Position numbers and translations under genes: made by a program
Source: Ylistrum balloti
Taxonomy: Eukaryota
NCBI RefSeq assembly: GCF_031769215.1
Contig: NW_026783057.1
Location: 186,001 to 245,306 of the forward strand
DNA length: 59,306 nt
Reading direction: 5' to 3'
The notes under the pieces: generated by a model
What the model was told of the DNA's origin: nothing
The model's input: the letters and a program-made list of their open reading frames with translations, nothing else
Database searches by the model: none
In this document: positions 35,428 through 48,230 of the stretch, piece by piece
Layout: each line of letters opens with the position of its first letter
Position numbering within the stretch: position 1 is the first letter of the stretch

Positions 35428-37095
35428 CTAGTTTACCATCAGTGGAACAGCCTCGGTACCAGGCTGAGGCCGGTATCTCACCTGTTGAGCATTGGCCGGG
35501 GAAGTGGGAGATATTACCACACCACCTGACATATGCGTTTGTCCCTGTACTCCCGGCCCCGGAGAAATGTATGGTGGAGGGCCACCCTGCTCTGATGGTC
35601 CTTGTAGACAAGGACTGTATTGCCCACGAGTAGAGCGATCATGTGTGGAATGCCACAGATAAATGATCACGTCCCGCACCAGATGTTCAGAAGATGCCTC
35701 TCCAATAGCTTTTAATATGGACACACCATCCTCTGTTATTTCTGATCCCACAAATCTCCCAATGTCGTTGTCGGATGGAGAAGGACCAACCTCCACAGAA
35801 AGGTGAAGGTACCGCTTAACATACCTGTAGAAGAACAAAGAATAAATAATGTGCGGTTGTTCACCAGGAATAATCAACAATACAAATGTTTATACCTTTA
35901 TAGAACAATCCAGCAGATAACCAAAAAAACAACAAAAAAAACAAAAAAACAGAAAAATTATAAAAACAAAAAGTGGTCTTATTCAGAATAGAAAATAAGT
36001 AAACCATGGACAGCCAGAGCATTTAAAGTAATTCCTTTCGTGAAGGATTAGCTTATTCATTATTGGATAAAAATAATAGTAAAATCACTACCAACTTCGA
36101 AAACAAACTCTGAATAAATACACGTGAATTTGTGTCATGATCGAAGTGAATTGTGGATAGATTCCAAATGAAGAACTGACTTACCGTCTTCTAAAGACTG
36201 GCACTAAGACTGTTAAGAGTTGTACCACACCACTGATTGTGGTTATGACTGATACCGCCACAAACCACAGCCACAGGAAACAAAATACCATCTCATAGTA
36301 CAAAATGTTGTTAACGACACACTGCACAGTCCAAACTTGTACATTTTGTAATTTTCTTATTTGGAAAACACAAAGCACTATACGATGGAATAGTGGATCA
36401 CTGAATCGCCATTCAAGTGTATTGTTAGTAACAATATCAGTAAAAATTTGCATTCCAAAGGAAGAATGGTTTTCAGCTTTCAGAATGCCGTCCATGATTG
36501 ATAATTGTGTAATGATATTGATGAAGTACAAAAATTTTGTGAACAAAAAAAGCAGCGTAAGCCACCCCCAAGGACAACCCTTCATCACTGTAGAGTCTAT
36601 CCAGCTCTTTACGTAGCGTCCCACTTGTCTTCCCATTTGGGCTCGGTCGACCATATTTAGAGATTCATACCCATCAGTTAGTCCTAGTATTTTTGTAAAT
36701 CTGAAACCAACAAGGCCTTGTCCCACTGATAGGACAATATCAGGAAGCTTGAACATCAATGCTTGTGCCAGGAGAATCAATGGAAGCCACCGCCATTTAA
36801 TTTTAATCGGTGTATCACGTCTCGAACTTTCTGCATTTCTCGGGATATCCTCAGTTAGAGGTAAGTAATGGACGTCAGAGACGCTGCATATTTTATTAGC
36901 ATATAAATGCATCGGTTGTGTAAACTCGGATGGAGTCCAGCAGTCTACAGTGTTGTTAGATGTCTGGATGTAAAACGTCAATACCGCAAACAGGGCAAGA
37001 ATCCCAACTGTCCATGTGCTGTTGAGTCTTCCGCACTGGTCATTTAGACTGAGATTGGACTGGGTGAGATGCCGTACAAACAGTCTCCAAACCAT
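35428..37095 (-). CDS. Innexin (divergent), paralog A, 435 aa, 2 coding exons
   Basis: Exons 37095-36185 and 35824-35428 (phase-2 GT-AG intron). Four hydrophobic segments, two Cys per extracellular loop (DCW..KICS; VLCVF..VQCV), plus RLN..WT, W-LPLILLAQALMFKLP and FLWLWF motifs. A probable 5' UTR exon ends at about 37632 (GTGAGT donor). Confidence 0.93.
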
Positions 37096-38929
37096 GATGT
37101 CCTTTGTCTATGAATCTATGAAAGAAAATATTGCACTGCTGATGATTTTAGAATTTTCGTGCTGAAAGATGAGACTGGAAAAGTGTATTTTCTTACAAGC
37201 GTCACATTTTATGAATATTCATTATCATCTGTGGATAAACATAAAATTATTGATTTACTCTTTGCCCTAAAATGGATACCTTTTCCCGGATAATGGTATT
37301 GTTGGTTTCATTCACATTTAAATATATGACCATTCACAAAACACGTAACTCCATAACCATATTACATCAGAACGTGACCTCCTCTCTTTTGCCTTCAGGC
37401 TAAACAGAAACACATTATCCTGTTATCACGAAAACTGTCATTATTAATTAATTTTCTGTCAACTGAATTCCAAGTAAGTAGCTTCATTAAGTTTAATCTT
37501 TAAATATTCTTTAATGTACACAGTCAGATGTATAATCAGCTAAATTCTCTGTTCCACTGTCTAATAATTGGTCTCTTAATTCATAAGATAATATTCGGTC
37601 TCTAATTAATGACAAATAATGAAATACTCACCAAGACGGTTTTGAGGTAAAAGTGCTTCAATATGCCTGTTGTCTATATTACAATATGTCTAGGTTACAA
37701 TAACAACTTCCCTTATAATGACGTAAATTGGCAATATCAACCCTGGTATTTGCAATACACATTATGACTGAATTATTTGTAATATCCGCTTTGGGATTGC
37801 CACTCGATATAAAACATTGTAAAAATCACGTAATGCTTTTAAGTACTTGATGATAAGTATACTTACAGGTAGTCCGTGTGTCAGTTTTATATTTCGTTGA
37901 TATTATCTAGATGCTTGTTTTAAAGTCTAACATACAGTGTACTAGCCTACTTTAGAGATCTGGTTTACCAGTGTATGGTAACTTGATATTATGTTGATCT
38001 TTCAGAGTATTTTTGAGGGTCATGATAGGGAAAAAAAGAGTCAATGTACCTTGTTTATATACACATGTTGTGCTCGACCGGTCACAGTACTGGATATCTC
38101 AGTGTACCGGAAATTATCACGGATTAAGAACGACAACTCAAAAGAGAAATTGCCAATTTGTTGATAAATTTCTATCAGGGTTGTCGTTCTTGTATCTATA
38201 GTGTCTATTACTTAGATTTAAAGGTGATTTTCACGGGCATGTCCTCCGTATTATCTTGGAGGTTGTAGGTGAAAGACACTGTTGGACTTTCACACCTTGG
38301 GGTTTGCCATAGTCTTTACACAATGTTTTAATCACATATACTAGTGAACCTGACTTTTAAATAAACTAAGACACAGATTTCTTACTTCAAAAACATTGTT
38401 ACATGCCTCTGTATTAAGCATCGTCCTAGAAAGACGAAATATTTGCATAATGCAAAAAAATCACGTAATGCATAATGCAAATATTTTCACTGTTTGGCAC
38501 TAATATATCTTATTCTAACTATGTATCTAAAGTTGCTATTCATTTATATGGCTTTTGTATATTTTTTAAACAATCCTAGCAATTGTTAAGAATGTCAAGG
38601 ACGAAGAGCAATTATTTAGCAGTGCAATTCTTTTTGAATTCCTATTACTGAAAAAGTCAGTCTTACAGTTTTGAGAAAAAAACTATTTCTGAAGTTTGTG
38701 AGTCATACTGTTGTTGTAAGGAGATATCGTATTCAACACCAAGCTGCTTACTATCAGAATAAAACGATGTTCTTCCCTTCTGTCTCCAGCGGTGTTGGTT
38801 ATAATCTTCTCTAATCTTTCGTTTTCCGTTTGATGAACGTTATCAACGGCAGTGTCTCTGTATACTAGTTCTGATATTATCATCGTCATATGTGCAGTTA
38901 ATAAATGAATAGGTATTAACAATTGCGAA

Positions 38930-39127
38930 ACATTCTATCACCTTACCTTAATTACTCTTGTTGGCACGGAGAGATGCGCGTGGGGGATCTTGCTGTGCGA
39001 GAAAACCGGACGACCCGGGCAAAAACCATACGGTCAGGCAGGTGGCCCCATACCTTTATACGTCTGAACTGGGAATCGAACCCCAGACGCCTAAGTGAAA
39101 AGCGAGTACTTTACCACTGCGCCACCC
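38930..39127 (-). mobile_element. tRNA-derived SINE with V-SINE-like core
   Basis: The minus strand reads GGGTGGCGCAGTGG (A box)...GGGGTTCGATTCCC (B box), then GGTTTTTGCCCGGGTCGTCCGGTTTTCTCGCAC, resembling the V-domain core. No complete tRNA cloverleaf was seen. Confidence 0.75.
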
Positions 39128-40949
39128 ATATGTGCAGTTTGCTAAGGTTCCAAAGACCTAATATGAGTTTAAAATAATGTTTCTTGTTGAGTATAGACTA
39201 TCAAAGAAGTTATTGATAAAGAATCACTTCAACAGAAATAACAACACAATCAGTGTATTTGCAAGCGATAACCGATTATCATAGTGTCATCTATCTCCAG
39301 TTTAGAAACTGTATTGTGTTTTCAAAGGTAATTTAGTAATTGTTGTCTAGTTCTACATTCACAAAAATAAGATTTTCTGCATATAAAATACATTTACCGT
39401 TTTTATATGTTTGCTTTCACAGACAGTTTGATGCCATGGTGGAATAAATGCACTTGATTTCTTAATAATTTGTTGACTACAACGTAAACAGATAGAGAAA
39501 TTATCAATGAAATGTTTTATTAGTCGAATTTAATACAATCAACGAAGCATATTTACAAATAAATCGGACATTTACCACATACATGTTGCAAATTTTAGAC
39601 AGTTTGAATCTCAGATTTCCCATCGAAAGACATATACACAAATGGCGTATTTAGGATTGCGACATGCAGTTTACACCTTTATACTTAAACATGGAAATGG
39701 AGATCAATACTAATTTAAAGTAACTATAGAAAAAACTGGATTTTTTCATTGCTTCAACATCCATGTATTTGAGAAATAATGTAATGAAAATACCATGCAT
39801 CATTATATCATGATGAAAATTTAACGGTCGTCATGGTGATCTCAGTGAGATATGTTCTATTTTTGTGCGATATGAAGCTTGGCGTGTTTAAAGCTCGTTA
39901 GTTTGCCTGTTTGTTTCGCTGTTGTATACCTTGTTCTCATTTCAGAACGTGAAATTACTTACTTGGAAGTTTACATAGCGGCTGTCGTCGTTGAAGCAGA
40001 AGACGCGTATTCTTCCTGAATACATGCTCTTACTCTTCTTGTACTTTTTCAGGAGTATCCGTATAAATCTTTCTTTGCTTCACATTTTGTATTAGTTTTA
40101 TTATATTATGATTCATTGACAATAAATATAATTGATATTTACAGATATGCATACTGCTATAAGTATGTAAAAAGACAAAGCGAAAAACGACAAACAGACA
40201 GACAGCATACTAGGTCAATGACAAGAATGATGTAGGCCTAAGTCTGTTATATACAAAAATGGAATTTTTGGCCGCCTTTTTCTGAGTAAACAAATCAGGT
40301 AATTAATGAAATAACAATCAAAATTGAAGTAAAGGAAAAAACTATTTTCAATGTATGTATTAGAATATGAATAAATGAGTACTTTTTGATATAGTTAACA
40401 AACCTCGTATTTGAGTGTTTTGTTTTTATATCTTCAAGATGAGAATTTCATGTGCTTTTAGCTCAAATTTATATGATTCCTCAGACTGTTCAAAATAGTT
40501 CTGAACATTTATTTTAGCATGTGTATTGCTTTATGATAAGTAATATCAGGTTATCTAAATCGCATTTCAGGTGTTTATCTATTAGTTTACCAAATATAAA
40601 TACATGTTTATCAAATCTTAAACCTGGGTTTTTAATATTAATTCTTAGATTTTCAATTAGATACATTTTCACAGTCCAATAAAATATGAGTTATTGTTTC
40701 AGGGTTTGTTTTGCAAAAGCTACAGAGATTATCATTTCATGTGCCGATTTTAAATTTTAAAAATTGTCATAAGAACTCTGTGGTTTATTCTATATTGGAG
40801 TCATTGTAGTTTTGTGTTTGTGAAGTTATTGAATGGTGATGCATATATTTTTTCCATGTTTCCTCATTTAAATTAAAAATTTAATTCCATTTTCTCGCTG
40901 CAGTAGATTTGACTTTATTTCTATATAACACTGTGACTGTATACTTTTG

Positions 40950-42210
40950 TGTCCCTTTTAATTTCTAATAATTAATTTGAAATTTATTGATGTGGAAATA
41001 AAATGTTCTCTTTTGAATCAAATGTTTGTTGGTTTTTGCGTATATATTGATGAACAGCCATTTTTTTTTTTAGACTTTGACAATATAAGTAAAGTTGTAG
41101 ATAAAATGTACTCCCTTTTTGTACCAAGATTTATAAAAGATAACTTTATGATCAATTTTTATTTCTCTGTTATAGCATAATGGATTTTAAAAAATGTTTG
41201 TTTTGTATATATTACTTGCAATTATAGCTTTGAACAATGTTCCCAAGACTTACCTCTAAGATAGGTTTTACTGTTTCTTGACACTTTTTTCAATTCCAAT
41301 ATTAGCGAGAATGTATTTATCAAAGTAGGATCCAATAATAACACCTCAATTTCCTAATTTACTGTATATTCGTCGAATCCAAATGGTTTTAAGACATGTT
41401 ATGAAAGATTTAAAATGTATCAGTTTAAGACCCCCTCTAAATATTTTTCAGTAAATATATCCCATTTGATGTGATCAGGTTTACCATTCCACAGGTAGCT
41501 GTATAATAACGTATCTTTTTTTTTCAGATAGAAGTCATCAAGATAAGGAAGTGATAGAAACAAATGATTATACTGTATATTATTAAGGTTTTGATAACAG
41601 TTTATTTTTTTGTCAATAGGTGTAAGTAATTTTCTATTCCAAGCAGATATTAAAGAATTAAGTTTAACGATTTTTTTTTATCAAATTTTAGGTTAATTAC
41701 TGTATGCCAAACCATGTAAAATGTGTAAACCCTAATTTCAAATCAAAATGAGTATTTGAACTGTATTTTAAACTGCCAATCCAAGCTACCTGAGTCTTAG
41801 ATATATTCATTTTTAGACCAGAAATAGTTGCAAAGTAGATAAGATTACGTAGTGTTTCTTCTAAAGATTTCTTTGAACCATCTATGATACATGACATGTC
41901 ATCGGCAAACTGTGATAGCAATATTTCTTTTCCTCTTAAAGTTATTCTTTCAATGTTTTTATTATTTCTTAATATTATGGAAAGAATTTCTGCACTTAAG
42001 ATGAAGATATAGAAAGAAATAGGGTTCCCCTGACGACAACAGCGTTCGATGTGGAAGAAGTTGGATTTGTGTTATTGAATGTTCTGATGTACTATAATTT
42101 GCTGGTCTCAAAATGAACGGACCTAACTGTTTCCAAATAATTTTCAAAATTCAGCTGTGAAACCTTCAGAATCAGGACATTTATTGTCTTTCATTTTTAA
42201 AATTCATTTA
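40950..42210 (-). mobile_element. L1/Tx1-clade LINE reverse transcriptase relic
   Basis: CCRQGNPISFYIFILSAEILSIILR, LSQFADDMSCII...ISGLKMNISKTQ and WNGKPDHIKWD are in disrupted frames. Boundaries are approximate. Confidence 0.8.
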
Positions 42211-43542
42211 ATTCATTTAAAGTAGTTGGGCCATCAATACTTAATGATTCGTGAGCAGATAATTTAGGTATATTGTATGAATCCAAACGTGTTTCGTGGT
42301 TAACATCGGCCAATAGAGTTTCTTATCACGTTAATTCAAGAAAAGAAGCACACGCATAATGTATGCTATAGTTTATTCTATAAAACAACATGTCAAAGGA
42401 CAACAATACAATGTAAATATCTACAAAATATCTAAACCTTTGTTTAAAACTTCAAGAAGCAGATACCATGCTTGATAAAAAACATAAATGGATACATGTA
42501 TATGTAATGGTATTGAACAATCTTTCATATATGTTCGCGTATTGCAGTTCATTAGGTGTTTAATAAATTTTTGAACGAGGTTTATTGGACAGGAAATATA
42601 CCTAATAAAAATCAATCTAACGAATATGTTTGTCAAGAATATATGTAGTAACTTAAAGAACAACTTCCTGAGAACATCTATGATCAAAATAAGTAAGTAA
42701 TACAAATAATTATCATCACATTACCATCAGCGTCACTTAACTAGCATATCAGTTTTGAAGCCATCGCAGTTAACGAAATATATTTAATAAAAGAAAATTT
42801 CATATCTAATATTTCTTGTTTTTCAACACTTTTTCCCCCACTTTCTTTCATCCTTATTTGTTAAAGTTAAATGTACGCGATATGTAGGAGTGAAAATGAT
42901 AATCCTTGTTTGCGCGAAATAGAATATGCCATATGTCATTTCTTCAAAATGTGTAAGCATAAATCTATGCGAGTATCTACATATGCATGTAAATATGTAA
43001 GAAGTGAGTGGTCTATGTTTATATGTAGATCACTGTAAAAATGTAATAGTAAGACTACTGAGCATCACTTTGTGGTTGACATTGTGCAACGTTATTGTGA
43101 TATATGCATTTATATCGAAAATTATTTTCACGTGGCAAGAGATTCCTTGACCTGACTGTAATATCATTATTACCTTAATTGACTAGTGTTTTGCCATGTT
43201 AATATAATATATATATAATCCATCGTGTATTCATAATGAAAATGAAGACGTTCTGAAGGGATAAATAGAGTTATCTCCCCTAGTTACATTATGAACCCAT
43301 GTGTGAAGTTTGGAAAAATAACAGATAATTGTTGGATATTTGTATGTGTTAGTGATATGTTACTGGTAAGACAGTATATAGCCAGATATAGTTGTATATA
43401 ATTATATCACTTAACTTCTAAGCAGTCTGAAAGTCGACATCGATATTGAAACTACCATGCTATTTCATCTACAAATAACTTATTTTTGTTCGGCAGGATT
43501 GGGCTACAAACCAGTTATAGTCAATGATAAAGCACATACGAT

Positions 43543-45139
43543 TCACATTGGCTGGTTTGTCATCAGCGGGGTTCCCTCGCCACCGGTCTGTAGACGGTAT
43601 CTCACCTGTTGAGGAGGGGCCGATGGTGGGGAAGAAACCACTACACCACCTGGTCCGTACGTCTGCTGTCCCTGTACACATGGCCCTTGGGATAAGTATG
43701 GCGGAGGACCACCATGCCCTGGTGGTCCTTGTTGATCATCATTGTGTTGTTGACCATGTACGGATTGCCACAGATATATTACAGCGTCCCGCACCAAGTG
43801 TTCAGAAGATGCCTCACCAATCGCTTTTAGTATGAACACACCGTCCTCTGTTATTTCTGATCCCGCAAACCTCCCGATGTCGTTGTCAGATGGAGATGGG
43901 GATACTTCCTTGGACAGGTACAGGTAACTCTTGATGTACCTAAAACATTGTTTAGCACGTCATTTTATAAACTAAATGAAAAGGAGTATTGCATTGTAAA
44001 TCATTGACGCTACGTTTACTATGTCATTTATATCTAGTAGAACAACAGATTAAAAGGACGGACAAGGAAAATACCAAATGCTGAAACGTTCTCTAAAATG
44101 TCTTATATTTAATGTCATAACGTCTGCAATAATATTTTAAAATAATGTTCGGTTGGTCTGTAACTTCTTTTTCCCCAGTATGATAAGTCAGGATTTACAT
44201 GGGGGAAAAGTCTTAAATTCGTTCTACTTACCGTTTCCTAAAGACTGGCACTAATACTGTTAAGAGCTGTACCACACCACTGATCGTGGTTACGACCGAA
44301 ACCACTACAAACCACAGCCACAGGATACACAATACCATTTTGTAGTAGTGCGAGATGTTGCTTAAGACACACTGTACTGTATAACGTTGTACGTTGGTAA
44401 TCATTCGGATTTGAAAGTCGCATAACACTACGTGATGATACGAAAGGTTGAATGGGTTCCATTCAACCGTTTGGTTGCCAACAATATCATTAAACACTTG
44501 ACGTCCAAAGGAAGAATGATTTGCAGACCTCAGGATGCCGTCCATAATCGATAATTGTGTAATAACATTGATAAAGTACAAAAATTTTGTGAACAAAAAA
44601 AGCAGCGTAAGCCACCCCCAAGGACAACCCTTCATTACTGTAGAGTCTATCCAGCTCTTTACGTAGCGTCCCACTTGTCTTCCCATTTGGGCTCGGTCGA
44701 CCATATTAAGAGACTCGTAACCGTCAGTAAGTCCTGATATCTTTGTAAATCTGAAACCCACAAGGCCTTGTCCCACAGATAGGACAATATCCGGAAGCTT
44801 GAACAGCAGAGCCTGTACTAAAAGAATCAATGGAAGCCAATGAAATTTGGACTGTTTTGCTTCTTGTCGCATTTCTCTTAAGGCAGGGATCTCATGAGAC
44901 ATTGGCAGGTAATAGAATTCTGACTTGCTGCATATTTTGTTGGTATATACATGCATTGATTGTGTAAATTCTTGAGGTGTCCAGCAGTTGATAGGTTCGT
45001 AAGAATTCTCCATATAAAACGACAACACCGCTAACAGAACAAGGATGCCCACTGTCCAGGAACTATTGAGTCTTCCACACTGATCACCCAGGCGGAGGTT
45101 GGACTGAGTCAAATGACGTAGAAACGGTCGCCAAACCAT
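43543..45139 (-). CDS. Innexin (divergent), paralog B, 434 aa, 2 coding exons
   Basis: Exons 45139-44232 and 43939-43543, with the same phase-2 intron position as paralog A. The four loop Cys are conserved (NCW..KICS; VLCDF..VQCV). The acceptor TCTCCACAG lies just upstream of the ATG. Confidence 0.93.
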
Positions 45140-47764
45140 GGTGTCGTTTAGCTGTGGAGATATGATAATTTAAGTAAATAGTAAGTTATTGAACTGTAAA
45201 ATTCTTATCAAACGTGCATTGAGTTCCCCTTACAACCTAAACGAAAACTAAAATATACCCTTGATAACCCGGACACTTTCGTTTCCTGAAAACTATGCGG
45301 ATTAAACAGAATGTATCCCTTTATTGTGTTACAATCTCAATGAGTCATGCCAAAAAGCATTATCTTCCCTCTCTCCAAACCAAAATCTTCGCAGCATAAT
45401 CCTCTGAATCAAGTTATTTTTCAGTCAAAGAAGATGTGGTTTTGTTTGCATTTGGTACTTGTTCATTTTTTTCGTCTTCTGTGATTTTACTGTTATCTTG
45501 TGATTCTGTGAGAATTTTGAAAATAAAGTTAACAATTTACATATATCATGAAATGTTTATCGTACATGTATTTCTAAATTGATCTTTTCAACAGTACATG
45601 TACATAAAATTACAACACTAACAACTGTATAAAGTTTAAATATGGTTATTAACCTTCAAAAATATTCTTCACATTTTTTATGTATTAACTTTAATGATTA
45701 TTTCAAGGTCTGAAGAAATATCACTAAAACGAAGAGTAACCTAAATAAGCACTCAGAAGCGGTTTGTAGGTAGAGTATACTTCTTTTTTTTAATAAGTTC
45801 TTTACTTATAACGTAATATATCATGTAAGTTAATAGCCATAATTAACTACCGAACCGTGATACAACACGGGATTTTACATTTCTTCAATGGGATCCTTCA
45901 GTTGAAAAATAAGTATGTATATCTTCTAGCCAATAAAAAATGTTCTTAAAGACACACAAGTAATTAGTACCTCCAGTACAAACAGTATAGAAAATAATAA
46001 ATTAAACTGCATCATACAGCAGTTTCGTCTTACTAAGACTCGTCCGTGGTGCTAAGGGCCGAACTTGTGGAAGATGGGAGGCGAGTGGAGGGAGGTGCTC
46101 TAACACTCAAAATTCAGGAAATTTAAGAACAGTATCAAGTATGTGTTTATTCTGAAACGTGCCACTATTTGAATGAATTTACATTTGGATATGATGTTTT
46201 AGTAAGCGACATAATTTGTTTATGTTATGGGATAGTAACCAAAGTTGTACCCAGTAGAAATGCATTTTTCTAGCAGATTCGAATAATTCAATAACCGTCT
46301 TATATTTGAAATTTCTTTGCTTTATCTTTTACCCCATGAAGCCGTCAGTTTCTTCAGTTGGCAGAAAAGCACGAAAAGTTTCCGAATAGTTGGCAATTTA
46401 AACATTTTCCAGAATAAGTTTAATAGTTTATTTTTCTCCCGCCACCTGTTGGTCGTTTTATATTTCCGAAAAATGTCGCCCCGACCCATGTTTGACATTA
46501 CATTTCACGTCATCCTGAGAAACAGGCGGTGATTGAGAATATATTTATATTTTGCTTCAGTCTGCTTAAATGTAGTTTTCACGAAGAATTATAAGTTATG
46601 ATAAGGTATGCAGTAAACAGAGCCTCGGCCTATAAATGAAAATTGCATACACTCGTTTCATAACTCTCAAACGTATGGGGACCCGTGTAAGATCAGTGAT
46701 ATCGTTTCAACATTATTTTAATACACAATACATGATACATAACTTATTTCAAATTATTTTCGATGTCACTGGACGCGTAGGTTTGTAATAAACTTGGTAC
46801 GTTTTGATTTGGTGTTGGGGAAAATGAACTTGCACCAACTTCGTAATAGACGCATAACAAAGCTGTACTTTAGTGGTTTTCGATATAAATATCTTTCTGA
46901 TGATATGGCAATATTTCATTTCAATCAATGATATCCATAGAAAAGATTATATCGACATTACCGCGGACTTGGACAGACCTGTTTTATGTCCGTGATGTTA
47001 CCCACGTACAATGGACCAGACTGGTTAGTTACCGCCTAATTAATACTGTAGAGCAACGGCGTCCAATAAATATCATTATACAAAGGTCGGTATTCGCAAT
47101 ATAGGTAATAAACCCTGTCAAATACATCTGGTGAATGATGTAGATTTAATGATAAACATTTATAGTAAAGAAAGGCATTGTCCAGTGTTACTATAATAAT
47201 CTGTGGACAATGGCTGGGTTCTGACGGTTGGTTAATATAAATATCACGAATCTAAAGACTAAATTACAAAAGATCTTTAAGGGCATTTTGATACCAAGAA
47301 AATAGAATGAATATTACAGTAGTGCTCAATCGCTTACCTTATTATCTTGTCAGACGCAAAAAACCCAACATGTAAACACCGGAAATGATATATAGGTCAA
47401 AGAAGAACGATAACTGTGGGATGTGATTGCTTCAACACAGGAGTAATTGTCATTCCTGCACCGTCTGTAAATCAGCTTTATTTCACGCAAATTATTTCTC
47501 TTATTCCATTTGCTGGGGATCTTATGTTATTCAGTTTGTTTCGTATTTTGTTTAACCTTATTTTTTTGAGAGACGTCAACTCAGTACAAAATTTTATTTT
47601 TCTTATCAACTTATTTCACGTAGTACAATGTTGAAGATTACATCAGGAAAAAGTGTTAATCCAAATATATATATATCAAAATTCGCAGTGTCCTATACGC
47701 AAAGCGAAGAACACCTTTTTAAGATGATATTTGAGTTTACAGCCAAATAATGAATTTAACTGGG

Positions 47765-47900
47765 TATTCATTTACTGATATCATCAACTCGAATCACTGA
47801 TATCAGTAAATCAATTACTGATATCACTTATTCTAATTTATGATATCAATCTTTCGAATTATTGATATCACATTTTGAAGATAAATACTAAAACGGCGCC
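47765..47900. repeat. Short TGATATCA-containing repeat, possible MITE fragment
   Basis: Five TGATATCA motifs at about 20-bp spacing. Confidence 0.4.
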
Positions 47901-48119
47901 CGAAAGGTGACCCTGGAAAACCAAAATTGATCGAAAGCCATGTCAGAATCTTGATGGGGAGATGCACTATTACCATAATTAATTGAATTTCGTACTTTTT
48001 AGATATCTGATAATTTCAAAGAACGTCAAATACTTGTATTATTATTTTTTATTGCGTTAGGAGACAAAAAACATAACATGTATGTTTCAAAGTTGAACAA
48101 AAAGAAGTATAGTAGAAGA

Positions 48120-48230
48120 AGATATTAAGTAATATATGATGTAAAGTAATACATGATATTAAGTAATACGTGATATAAAACAATACATAATATAATGTAA
48201 TACATAATATTAAGTAATGTTTGATGTTAA
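48120..48230. repeat. AT-rich about 14-bp minisatellite
   Basis: GATATTAAGTAATA(C)A-like units repeated. Confidence 0.55.

Noticed and set aside
34482-35633. Plus-strand ORFs 34482-34745 and 35229-35633 (also 43524-43835)
   Set aside because: They are antisense shadows of the GC-richer innexin tail sequences.
38930-39127. tRNA gene
   Set aside because: A and B boxes are present but the body continues into a SINE core with no acceptor-stem closure.
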